Shown here: positions 9,488-17,514 of the stretch, one piece after another
Numbering within the stretch: the stretch's first letter is position 1
How the letters are laid out: each line of letters starts with the position of its first letter
Virus record (IMG/VR): IMGVR_UViG_3300045988_049759
Strand: one strand, 5' to 3'
Length of the DNA: 45,961 bases
From: a virus
Position numbers and translations under genes: made by a program
Notes under the pieces: generated by a model
Database searches by the model: none
The model's input: only the letters and a program-made list of their open reading frames with translations
Told to the model about the DNA's origin: nothing

Positions 9488-10272
9488 CGAAAACGGTTGA
9501 CCTTGTTTCCTACTTACCCCCGTTCATGGCTGACTTCAAAGAAATTTCCGTAACTTTGGAAGCGGAAAACCCTGAATTTGTGCTTGTATGGAAAGCCGCT
9601 GACAGGGTTCTTCAAAATGAATTCATTGAATCGGCTGATGAATACGGTATTTCAAGGTTTGAAAAAATCTTGAACATTTTACCTTCAACAGAAGATACCC
9701 TTGAAAGCCGCCGTGCAAGAGTTCAAGCCCGGTGGTTTAATACTATCCCTTACACCCTGAAAGCCTTCCTTGCAAAGCTGGTTGCCCTATGCGGCGATTC
9801 TGATTTCACGGTTACAAAGGAATATGAAAAGTACACGGTTAGAATTCTGACAAACCTTGAACTGTTCGGGCAAGTTGAAGAATTGGGACATATCATTGAA
9901 AGCATGATGCCGTGCAACATGATTGTTATTTCCCTGAATGAAATTCCTTGTGATGCAAAGGGCTTTGCCCTTATTGCCGGGGGCGTTTGTTCGGTGGAAA
10001 CCTTCTTCATCACCAATGATGAACAGATTCACCGGGTTATCCGCGGCGGGGCAGCTTTCGGGGGTGGAACAGTACACACCGCCCATTATTTTATTACCAA
10101 TGACAGCAGGGAAAACATTGCTGTTGACGGTTTGGCAACGCACGGCGGCGGGGCGGTAAATACCGCAACCGTGATTATTACCAATGATTTCAATGAACAG
10201 TTCAACATAAACGGTGAAAATTCAGTTGGTTCAGGCGTGGTTGTTTCTGAATTCATTGAAATAAAACAATAA
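9484..10272 (+). CDS. Baseplate/tail protein (XkdU / gpI-like)
   Basis: 262 aa, overlapping the upstream stop and directly before the fibre gene. Confidence 0.55.
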   Translation: MTKTVDLVSYLPPFMADFKEISVTLEAENPEFVLVWKAADRVLQNEFIESADEYGISRFEKILNILPSTEDTLESRRARVQARWFNTIPYTLKAFLAKLVALCGDSDFTVTKEYEKYTVRILTNLELFGQVEELGHIIESMMPCNMIVISLNEIPCDAKGFALIAGGVCSVETFFITNDEQIHRVIRGGAAFGGGTVHTAHYFITNDSRENIAVDGLATHGGGAVNTATVIITNDFNEQFNINGENSVGSGVVVSEFIEIKQ

Positions 10273-10289
10273 GAAAGGATTGAATAAAC

Positions 10290-12047
10290 ATGGCAGAATT
10301 TTCAAAGTTGGTTATCACCAACAAAGGGCAAGCGTTACTTGCAAAAATGATTGCGGGAAGCGGCAACATTGAGTTCACCAAAATTTCAGCTTCCAGCACC
10401 GCATACACGGATGCACAGCTTGAAGGGCTTACTTCCCTTTCCAATGTGAAGCAAACAAGCCTGATTTCCAAAGTTACCCGCACAAATGAGGTTGCAATCA
10501 AGGTTGAAGCAGCCTTCACGAATACCGAACTGAAAGCCGGGTATTACATGAAGGCTTTGGGCTTGTATGCGGTTGATCCTGATGCGGGTGAAATCCTCTA
10601 TGCCGTAACAAGGGAAACTTCCGGGAATTGCTATATGCCCGCCTATAACGGTATTACCGTTTCGGGTGCGTATGTGCAGCTTGTAACTACGGTTGGAAAC
10701 GCTGAAAATGTTTCCCTTGAAGTGGATCAGGCGGCGGTTGCTACAATCGGGGATATTCAGGAGTTGCAGAAGCAGATAGCAGACCTTGAAGCCTTTATCG
10801 GCTATTCCGCTGATGATATTTACGGCGTGGAAGTGGACTTTGTAAACAAGAGATTTACCCGCCTTTCCGGGGCGGTAAACCGTACACCGGGGGCAGGGTT
10901 TGATTCAATCAATGCCTTTGGCGGGCGTAAACGCTGCAATGTTGCGGATGATGGTACAGTAACCGCCTATTATGGGGATTCAGGCTATACCACAACCGGA
11001 AAGAACGCAGCCGGAACAAAGGTTCAGGTTATGGTTGAACAGCCTAAATTCTATTACAAGGTTGTTCCTATGGTGCTTGAAAAGGGTGCAAAGGGCATGA
11101 AGATCAGGAAAGCCCGCTATTATGTTTCGGACACCCTGAAACCCGGCTTCAAGGTTCACCCCGCCTTTGTGGAAAATGGCAATGTGAACCCGTATATTTA
11201 CCTTGCAGCCTTTGAAGGTTCGCTGTTCGACACTTCCGCAAACGCCTATATTTTGGACGATGCACAGGTGGCAGATTTCGCCGCTGATGTGCTTTGCAGT
11301 ATTGCAAACGCAAAGCCCGCTTCCGGTTTAACGCAAAATCTGACAAGGGCGAACACCCGAAAGCTGGCACAAAAGAGGGGTAAAGGTTGGGAACAGGCAT
11401 ATGCCGCAACAATCGCCGCTTCGCAGCTTTTGATGCTGATTGAATACGCTTCTTTCGATATGCAGAAAGCGATTGGCAACGGCGTTGTCAACAAAACAGA
11501 TGATGGCAGCACTTCCATGACAGAGATCACCGGGGCAACCGTGAATTTGGGTAACGCTTCCGGTTCTGTTACCAATATCAACGGTTACAACATTGTTTCC
11601 TATCGTGGTGAAGAAAACATTTGGGGTAACATTTGGGCTTGGATTGACGGCATGAACGAGGAAAACCCGGCAACTTTCGCAGCGGGCGATTGTGGAACGC
11701 TTTATGTTGCGGATCATGGCTTTGTTGATGATAGCAAAGCAAGCCCCTATAAGAACACCGGAATTCACCCCGATTACGGCAACGGCTATATTTCCGCTTT
11801 CGGCTATTCGGAAGAATTTGATTGGTTGTTCGTTATGGCTGAACACACGGGCAATTCCACCCTTCCCGTTGGTGACTACTCTTGGAATAGTAATCCCGGC
11901 TGGCGGGTTACTGAGTTGGGCGGTAGATGGGATAGCGGTGCTAGTGCGGGTTCTTTCTATTGGACTCTGATTGATGCTGCTTCTCTTCGTTATCGGAGTA
12001 TCGGCGGGCGGTTGGTGTATGTACCTTCCAAAAAGGAAGCCGCTTAA
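10290..12047 (+). CDS. Tail fibre / receptor-binding protein; DGR target with a C-terminal variable region
   Basis: 585 aa, last large gene of the tail module. The C-terminus GGRWDSGASAGSFYWTLIDAASLRYRSIGGRL is the lectin-fold-type motif typical of DGR targets and is homologous to the TR. Confidence 0.85.
   Translation: MAEFSKLVITNKGQALLAKMIAGSGNIEFTKISASSTAYTDAQLEGLTSLSNVKQTSLISKVTRTNEVAIKVEAAFTNTELKAGYYMKALGLYAVDPDAGEILYAVTRETSGNCYMPAYNGITVSGAYVQLVTTVGNAENVSLEVDQAAVATIGDIQELQKQIADLEAFIGYSADDIYGVEVDFVNKRFTRLSGAVNRTPGAGFDSINAFGGRKRCNVADDGTVTAYYGDSGYTTTGKNAAGTKVQVMVEQPKFYYKVVPMVLEKGAKGMKIRKARYYVSDTLKPGFKVHPAFVENGNVNPYIYLAAFEGSLFDTSANAYILDDAQVADFAADVLCSIANAKPASGLTQNLTRANTRKLAQKRGKGWEQAYAATIAASQLLMLIEYASFDMQKAIGNGVVNKTDDGSTSMTEITGATVNLGNASGSVTNINGYNIVSYRGEENIWGNIWAWIDGMNEENPATFAAGDCGTLYVADHGFVDDSKASPYKNTGIHPDYGNGYISAFGYSEEFDWLFVMAEHTGNSTLPVGDYSWNSNPGWRVTELGGRWDSGASAGSFYWTLIDAASLRYRSIGGRLVYVPSKKEAA
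11906..12021 (+). repeat. DGR variable region (VR)
   Basis: Ungapped 116-bp alignment to 12155..12270. There are 25 mismatches, all at TR adenines. Confidence 0.9.
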
Positions 12048-12154
12048 CACCGTTGAACAAACATTGAAAAATTGAATAAAAATCGGTAGTTCAGGGAGTA
12101 TTGTTGTTTACAATCCGGTTGAACAGACGGCACTAAAACAGAAACCATGAAAAA

Positions 12155-12270
12155 GGTTACTAAATTAGGCAGTAAATGGAATAACAGTGCTAATGCAGGT
12201 ACTTTCTATTGGAATCTGAATAATGCTACTTCTAATCGTAATCGGAATATCAGCAGGCAGTTAGTAAATG
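12155..12270 (+). repeat. DGR template region (TR)
   Basis: Intergenic copy with 40 adenines. In the VR reading frame it carries 10 AAY codons. The 5' boundary may extend to about 12150 (aaaaa). Confidence 0.9.
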
Positions 12271-12466
12271 CACGATTCAGGCGGGGATTTTCCCCGCCTG
12301 TTTCAATATAAATCTGTATTCCTGAAAGACCGTGCCACATGGCAAAACAGACAGCCCCCGAAAGGGGGAAGTTAAAAATAAAATTTGGTCGTGTTGGTAG
12401 ACTTTGAAAGTTAATTTTCAAAGGTTGAAGATTCGGCTGATGTGCATACAAAAGGAACATTCAACA
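12271..12466 (+). ncRNA. TR-RT spacer; probable structured 3' part of the DGR RNA
   Basis: Three hairpins: aggcgggga-ttt-tccccgcct (12279..12299), ccccc-GAAA-ggggg (12355..12368) and ctttgaaa-gttaat-tttcaaag (12402..12423). Confidence 0.5.
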
Positions 12467-13594
12467 ATGAAGCGATATGGGAATCTATACGAACAAATTT
12501 ATTCTATGGATAACCTACGCAAAGCACACCAAAACGCACGGAAGGGAAAGGGATGGTATGAGGAAGTAAAAGCGGTTGATGCAGATGTAGAAGGCTATTT
12601 GAAACGCCTTCAAGAAATGCTTATCAATCACACCTACCAAACTTCACCTTACGAAAAATTTATCAAGCATGACAGCGGCAAAGACCGGGAGATTTTCAAA
12701 CTTCCTTACTTCCCGGATCGTATTTGTCAATGGGCGATTCTGCAAGTGATTGAACCGTATCTAATGCGGCACATGACAAAGAATACCTATTCAGCGATAC
12801 CCAAAAGAGGAATTCACGCAGCGTTGCATGATGTTCAAGATGCAATGTGGAAGGATGTTCCGAATTGCCAATATTGCTTGAAGCTGGATGTAAGGCACTA
12901 TTACCCTTCAATAAATCACGATATTTTGAAAGCAAAGTTCAGACGGGTTTTCAAAGATGGTGAATTGCTTTGGTTGTTGGATGAAATCATAGATAGCATT
13001 TGCACCGCTAACATTGAAGATATTCGTGATCTTTGGTTCTTCGATGAAGATGTTGATGAAGAAACCGGAATACCAATAGGGAACTACCTTTCCCAATATT
13101 GCGGAAACTTCTATCTTTCTGATTTTGACCACTGGATCAAAGAAGAAAAGCGGGTGAAGCATTACTTCCGTTACATGGATGATATTGTGATTTTCGGCAG
13201 CAGCAAAGAAGAACTTCATGCCCTGAAACGGGAAATTGATGTTTATTTCATGCAGGAATTACGGTTGACAGTCAAAGGGAATTGGCAAGTGTTCCCTTCC
13301 TATGTGCGGGGTGTTGATTTTGTCGGTTATCGAACCTTCCTAAATTATACCTTGCTTCGCAAGAGTAGTTGCACCAACTTCAAGAAAAAGATGGTAGCAA
13401 TCAGGAAGAAAACAGCAGGCGGGCAAATGATGAACTATTCTGAATGGTGTTCCGTGAATTCCTATAAGGGATGGCTAAAGCATTGTGACAGTTACCGCTT
13501 GCGGAAAAAGTACATTGCACCAATTCAAGACGATGCAGACCGATATTATCGGGATGTTGTCAAAACCAAAAAATATAAAAGAAAGGCGGCGTAA
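12467..13594 (+). CDS. DGR reverse transcriptase
   Basis: MKRYGNLYEQIYSMDNLRKAHQNARKGK N-terminus, IGNYLSQ motif (DGR-type [ILV]GxxxSQ) and the catalytic motif YMDD within FRYMDDIVIFG. ATG 12467 follows AAAGGA. Confidence 0.9.
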   Translation: MKRYGNLYEQIYSMDNLRKAHQNARKGKGWYEEVKAVDADVEGYLKRLQEMLINHTYQTSPYEKFIKHDSGKDREIFKLPYFPDRICQWAILQVIEPYLMRHMTKNTYSAIPKRGIHAALHDVQDAMWKDVPNCQYCLKLDVRHYYPSINHDILKAKFRRVFKDGELLWLLDEIIDSICTANIEDIRDLWFFDEDVDEETGIPIGNYLSQYCGNFYLSDFDHWIKEEKRVKHYFRYMDDIVIFGSSKEELHALKREIDVYFMQELRLTVKGNWQVFPSYVRGVDFVGYRTFLNYTLLRKSSCTNFKKKMVAIRKKTAGGQMMNYSEWCSVNSYKGWLKHCDSYRLRKKYIAPIQDDADRYYRDVVKTKKYKRKAA

Positions 13595-13597
13595 AAC

Positions 13598-13861
13598 ATG
13601 GTTGACTATGGCAGAGTAAGAAGCACCGTCAAGCCTGAACCCATTGTGATTGATGAATTCAGCGTTTGGCAGCATACCGACATTCAGGAAATTTCTGAAA
13701 ATGTGGGTGAAGAAAATGAATTCGTGGGCTATGAATTCAACATGGTTCAGTACAGCAAGGACGAATTTATTTTGCAACAGGCAACGGACAATGCGGCGTT
13801 GCAGCAGCAGATCACAGATACACAGCTTGCGTTGTGTGAAGTCTATGAACTGATGGGATAA
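13598..13861 (+). CDS. Acidic hypothetical protein (87 aa) after the RT
   Basis: The ATG lies 4 nt after the RT stop. No recognisable motif. Confidence 0.5.
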   Translation: MVDYGRVRSTVKPEPIVIDEFSVWQHTDIQEISENVGEENEFVGYEFNMVQYSKDEFILQQATDNAALQQQITDTQLALCEVYELMG

Positions 13862-13878
13862 GGAAGGGGTGAAAAATC

Positions 13879-13989
13879 ATGGCAAAGGTATATGCTGACC
13901 TTATCAGAAAGGGTTTGAAAACCCTTGATGATGTACCGGAAAAACTGAAAGCAGCGGTTCAGGCTTTGGTTGAAGGTGATACAGATTGA
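13879..13989 (+). CDS. Small protein (36 aa), paralog 1: MAKVYADLIRKGLKTLDDVPEKLKAAVQALVEGDTD
   Basis: Below the ORF-track cutoff. SD GGAAGGGGTGA lies 8 nt upstream. Shares the motif VYAxLIxKGxKTxxDVP with 14037..14162. Confidence 0.6.
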   Translation: MAKVYADLIRKGLKTLDDVPEKLKAAVQALVEGDTD

Positions 13990-14036
13990 TTACCAATCTT
14001 ATCATAAAAATTTTGTTCAGAAAGGATGTGGCAGAA

Positions 14037-14162
14037 ATGGCAGTTGTTTATGCAACCCTGATTATCAAGGGCAAGAAAACCTTCGCTGATGTTCCGGCAA
14101 GAATTCAGGAACAGGTGAAGCAGGTTCTGATTGACCTTGATTGCCCTGAACTGGCTGAATAA
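14037..14162 (+). CDS. Small protein (41 aa), paralog 2: MAVVYATLIIKGKKTFADVPARIQEQVKQVLIDLDCPELAE
   Basis: Below the ORF-track cutoff. Shares the N-terminal motif of 13879..13989. Confidence 0.55.
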   Translation: MAVVYATLIIKGKKTFADVPARIQEQVKQVLIDLDCPELAE

Positions 14163-14198
14163 GTCAAGGGCAAGGAAACTATCACGGACAAGCTAAAA

Positions 14199-14238
14199 AC
14201 CCGCATATAGGGCTTATATAAGCCTTGTGTGCGGGTTT
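14199..14238 (+). terminator. Long G:U-containing hairpin plus U tract before the holin gene
   Basis: cccgcauaua/g/ggcuu-auau-aagcc/uugugugcggg followed by uuuu. It is the arm-swapped relative of 2366..2405. Confidence 0.55.
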
Positions 14239-14275
14239 TCGCTTGCCTATATCAACAATGAAAGGAAGATTGAAT

Positions 14276-14707
14276 ATGAAAGAAGGAATTTGTACGGGAA
14301 TCGGCGTTCTTGGAAGTGTGATTGCTTCCCTGTTCGGCGGGTGGGATGCCGCCCTTGTTACGCTGATGATCTTCATGGGAATTGATTACCTGACCGGGAT
14401 TGTTGTGGCGGGCGTGTTCCACAATTCCGAAAAGACGGAAAACGGAACACTTGAAAGCCGTGCTGGATGGAAGGGGCTTTGCAGAAAGGGCGTTTCCCTT
14501 CTTGTGGTGCTGGTAGCTTGCCGCCTTGATTTGGTAATGGGTTCTAACTTCATCCGTGATGCGGTTGTAATTGCCTTCATTGCAAATGAAACAATTTCCA
14601 TTATTGAAAATGCGGGGCTGATGGGTGTGCCTATCCCTTCGGTTATCGTCAAGGCGATTGAGGTTTTGAAGAAACAGGCAGAAAGCGAGGACAAAGAAAA
14701 TGAGTAA
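14276..14707 (+). CDS. Holin (phage_holin_4-type)
   Basis: Motifs GGWDAALVTLMIFMGIDYLTGIVVA and ANETISIIENAGLMGVPIP. ATG 14276 follows AAAGGAAG. Directly upstream of the endolysin. Confidence 0.8.
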   Translation: MKEGICTGIGVLGSVIASLFGGWDAALVTLMIFMGIDYLTGIVVAGVFHNSEKTENGTLESRAGWKGLCRKGVSLLVVLVACRLDLVMGSNFIRDAVVIAFIANETISIIENAGLMGVPIPSVIVKAIEVLKKQAESEDKENE

Positions 14708-15704
14708 TTCAGGATTGGTTGTATATACCAAACTTTCACCGAACCATTCCGGGCAGCGTACACACAGCATTGACCGGATCACCCCCCATTGTGTGGTGGG
14801 ACAGCTTTCTTGTGAATCAATTTGCGGATGCTTCACAAGCCCGCAGCGGGAAGCAAGCTGCAACTATGGTATTGGTATGGACGGGCGAATTTCTCTTAGT
14901 GTAGAGGAAAAAAACCGTTCTTGGTGTTCTTCCAGCAATGCCAACGATCAGCGGGCGGTTACAATCGAATGTGCTTCCGACAAAACCGCCCCCTATGCAA
15001 TGACGGATGCGGTATATGCCGCCCTGATTGACCTTTGCACCGATATTTGCAAGCGTAACGGCAAAAGTAAATTGCTTTGGTTCGGGGATAAGAACAAAAC
15101 CCTTTCCTATGAGCCGAAAGCGGATGAAATGATTATCACCGTTCACCGCTGGTTTGCAAACAAGAGTTGCCCCGGCGATTGGCTTTATAACCGTTTGGGC
15201 GATCTTGCGGCAAAGGTTACTTCCCGTTTGGGCGGGGGTTCACAGCAGCCTTCCGGCACTCTTTACAGAGTACAGACCGGGGCATACAAGCAGAAGGCAA
15301 ACGCTGATGCACAGCTTGCAAAGGTAAAGGCGGCGGGCTTTGATACTTACATGGTTCAGGCAGACGGCTTATACAAAATTCAGGTTGGGGCATATCGCAA
15401 GAAAGCAAACGCTGATGCTATGGCGGCAAAGCTGAAAGCAGCCGGATTTGATACCTATATCACCACGGAACAGGGAAAAGCTGTTTCTTCCAGCGGATCA
15501 GCAGCGGCTTCCCTTGCGGTTGGTGATAAGGTGAAGCTGGCTTCCAATGCCCCGGTATATGGCAGCAGCACAAAATTTTCTTCGTGGGTGTATTCTTCAA
15601 CCCTCTATGTGCGTGAAATCAGCGGTAACAGGATCGTGATTTCCACGCAGAAAACCGGGGCAATTACCGGGGCGGTTGACAAAAAGTATTTGACAAAAAT
15701 CTGA
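14700..15704 (+). CDS. Endolysin: N-acetylmuramoyl-L-alanine amidase with two SPOR repeats and an SH3-like C-terminus
   Basis: Amidase_2-like N-terminus (ITPHCVVGQ, NYGIGMDGRI, AVTIECAS). Tandem repeats YRVQTGAYKQKANADAQLAKVKAAGFDTY and YKIQVGAYRKKANADAMAAKLKAAGFDTY. Confidence 0.85.
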   Translation: MSNSGLVVYTKLSPNHSGQRTHSIDRITPHCVVGQLSCESICGCFTSPQREASCNYGIGMDGRISLSVEEKNRSWCSSSNANDQRAVTIECASDKTAPYAMTDAVYAALIDLCTDICKRNGKSKLLWFGDKNKTLSYEPKADEMIITVHRWFANKSCPGDWLYNRLGDLAAKVTSRLGGGSQQPSGTLYRVQTGAYKQKANADAQLAKVKAAGFDTYMVQADGLYKIQVGAYRKKANADAMAAKLKAAGFDTYITTEQGKAVSSSGSAAASLAVGDKVKLASNAPVYGSSTKFSSWVYSSTLYVREISGNRIVISTQKTGAITGAVDKKYLTKI

Positions 15705-15794
15705 TACTAATTTGTTACTAATTGCCCCCTATTTCGCCCGCTTTGCATAGCATTATATATTGAACAACCCTGAAAATATCGGGGTTTTCGGCGG

Positions 15795-15823
15795 TTGTAA
15801 GACGGGCTAAATTATGGTATAAT
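15795..15823 (+). promoter_or_regulatory. Candidate sigma-A promoter TTGTAA-17-TATAAT with extended -10 (TGg)
   Basis: Seen directly in the sequence. It lies about 12 nt upstream of the terminator at 15836..15875. Confidence 0.4.
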
Positions 15824-15835
15824 GAACACAGAAAC

Positions 15836-15875
15836 GGCGGGAAACCTTGATTTTTCAGGGCTTCCCGCCTTTTTT
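15836..15875. terminator. Intrinsic terminator between the convergent endolysin and integrase genes
   Basis: ggcgggaa...ttcccgcc stem followed by tttttt. Confidence 0.7.
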
Positions 15876-15879
15876 GTTA

Positions 15880-16881
15880 CTAATTTGTTATTAGTTCAAT
15901 GTTCAATTTGAGTTCTTCTATATTTTTGTGGGTGTAAACCCGTTCCCCTGTCCCCTTCGATTTATGCCCCATAATTCGATCAATACACACCTTGTTTGCC
16001 CCAGCAGAATCAAGGCGGCTTCTGAATGTGTGGCGGCACTCATGCGGGGTGTGCTGCATTTTCAGCTTCCCCATGATTTCAACCCATAATGCCCGGTATT
16101 GGGTTTGATTCAGCTTCTTCCCGTTGTACTCAAACAAATAGCCGCTTTTGGATTGTTCAACCCTCTTTTGAACTATGTGTTGAATTTTTGAATGAATGGG
16201 AACTATCCTGTTCTTTCCCGCCGCTGTTTTCGTTCCCCCGGTTATGGTTTGGGCTTCGAGATCAACCGCTTCCGTTTTCAGGGCAATCATTTCTGAAATC
16301 CTGAACCCCGTATAAAGGAAGAACAGAACGGAATCAACCCATTCCAATTTTTCATTTTCCCAAAGCCGGGAAACTTTTTCATCCGTGAAAATTTCCTTGC
16401 TTGTTTCAGGTATTGGATCAGAGGTAAGCAGATCAGAACAGCACTTTGAAATTATATCAAGTTCCATTGCGAAACGGTCAAGATGCCCGAAAAGGTTCTT
16501 TATCGCCCCTTGCGTGGAATACCCACACCCGCAGCTATCAATGCAATCTTGCATTTGGTATGATTTGATTTGCTTATACTTCATTTTGTTCAGTTTGGAA
16601 CAATGCTTGTATGCTGATTTCAAGGAACTTCTGTTTGATTCACCCAATTTCACAGCCCGCTTTTCAAGCCATAAATCATAGAGTTCTTGAAAAGTGATTT
16701 TGTCCGTTTCAATATCCCACGGATCATTGTTGTAATTGGCAAGCATTATCAACCCTTCTTCCCGTGTGGCAGCGTAACCAATGGGCTTTTGCCTTCCTGA
16801 TATACCTTCCTTCACAATATAGGGCTTTCGCCTGTTCCCTGACAGCTTCGTTACTGTTCCATATCCATTCGGATTTTTCAT
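15880..16881 (-). CDS. int: Tyrosine recombinase / integrase
   Basis: 333 aa. C-terminal catalytic motifs HECRHTFRSRL, IMGHKSKG and RVYTH. Confidence 0.9.
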   Translation of the reverse strand: MKNPNGYGTVTKLSGNRRKPYIVKEGISGRQKPIGYAATREEGLIMLANYNNDPWDIETDKITFQELYDLWLEKRAVKLGESNRSSLKSAYKHCSKLNKMKYKQIKSYQMQDCIDSCGCGYSTQGAIKNLFGHLDRFAMELDIISKCCSDLLTSDPIPETSKEIFTDEKVSRLWENEKLEWVDSVLFFLYTGFRISEMIALKTEAVDLEAQTITGGTKTAAGKNRIVPIHSKIQHIVQKRVEQSKSGYLFEYNGKKLNQTQYRALWVEIMGKLKMQHTPHECRHTFRSRLDSAGANKVCIDRIMGHKSKGTGERVYTHKNIEELKLNIELITN

Positions 16882-16971
16882 AACTTCACCGCCTATCTTG
16901 AAAAATCAGCCGTGAAGTGATATAATATAGACAGACCGCCTAAATCACTTCATCCTGATTTATGGTCGCTT

Positions 16972-17013
16972 CCCCCGTTGGTGTTGCAGCACTAACGGGG
17001 GATTTTTTATTTT
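16972..17013. terminator. GC hairpin (cccccgtt...aacggggg) with a + strand T tract
   Basis: 8-bp stem followed by attttttatttt on the + strand. It lies between two - strand genes, so its functional orientation is unclear. Confidence 0.4.
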
Positions 17014-17477
17014 CAAAGTTCGATTTGAACCCCTGAATTTGTGTTCAATTCACGGAATTCTTTAACCAGCTTTGCAGCAGAAGGGGGATTGTTCTTTATA
17101 TCAAAGCCAATATATTTCAATTCCCCCTGTTCCCCGGTATAGGTGATAATTAAATATTGGGTTGTGGTTTTCACTTTTTTATTTTTTGCCCTACCACCGA
17201 TAATAGCACCTAATGTTCCAAACATTACACCCCCGGCGATTGCCCCACCAACGCTTGAAACCGCCTGATTTTGAATTTCAGTATCAAATTTAAGGCACAT
17301 ATCAGTTATTTTTTCCCGTGCCAATTTGATATTTGTTGTACCCGCCTTGAATTCGATCCTATCTGGGTATGAAAACACTTCACACAGAAGGTTTTCGGCA
17401 AGAGGCAACCCGTTTACATGGTGAAACGCCGTATAAACAGTGATCCCGCTTGAATTCTGTTTCTTCTTACCGAACAT
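17013..17477 (-). CDS. Lysogeny-module membrane protein (about 154 aa) with a glycine-zipper segment
   Basis: MFGKKKQ... start follows AAAGGAA. Central motif VGGAIAGGVMFGTLGAIIGG. Same strand as int and the repressor. Confidence 0.6.
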   Translation of the reverse strand: MFGKKKQNSSGITVYTAFHHVNGLPLAENLLCEVFSYPDRIEFKAGTTNIKLAREKITDMCLKFDTEIQNQAVSSVGGAIAGGVMFGTLGAIIGGRAKNKKVKTTTQYLIITYTGEQGELKYIGFDIKNNPPSAAKLVKEFRELNTNSGVQIEL

Positions 17478-17514
17478 AGCAAAATTCCTTTCTATTTTTG
17501 AAATTAACTTTTCA

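Noticed and set aside
11328-12050. 240-aa ORF on the - strand over the fibre 3' end and VR
   Set aside because: It is a shadow of the fibre gene. The VR/TR codon pattern (AAY) only makes sense on the + strand.
12206-12460. 84-aa - strand ORF covering the TR and spacer, considered as a DGR accessory gene
   Set aside because: It overlaps the TR and the hairpins, has no SD, and is hydrophobic/aromatic, unlike Avd.
13598-13861. 87-aa ORF after the RT, considered as Avd
   Set aside because: The protein is strongly acidic and lacks the basic four-helix character of Avd. It is kept as hypothetical.
15839-15849. 11-nt match gggaaaccttg shared with 35708..35718, linking the two promoter-terminator units
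   Set aside because: An 11-mer match is expected many times by chance among all pairs in a 46-kb genome. The flanks are unrelated.
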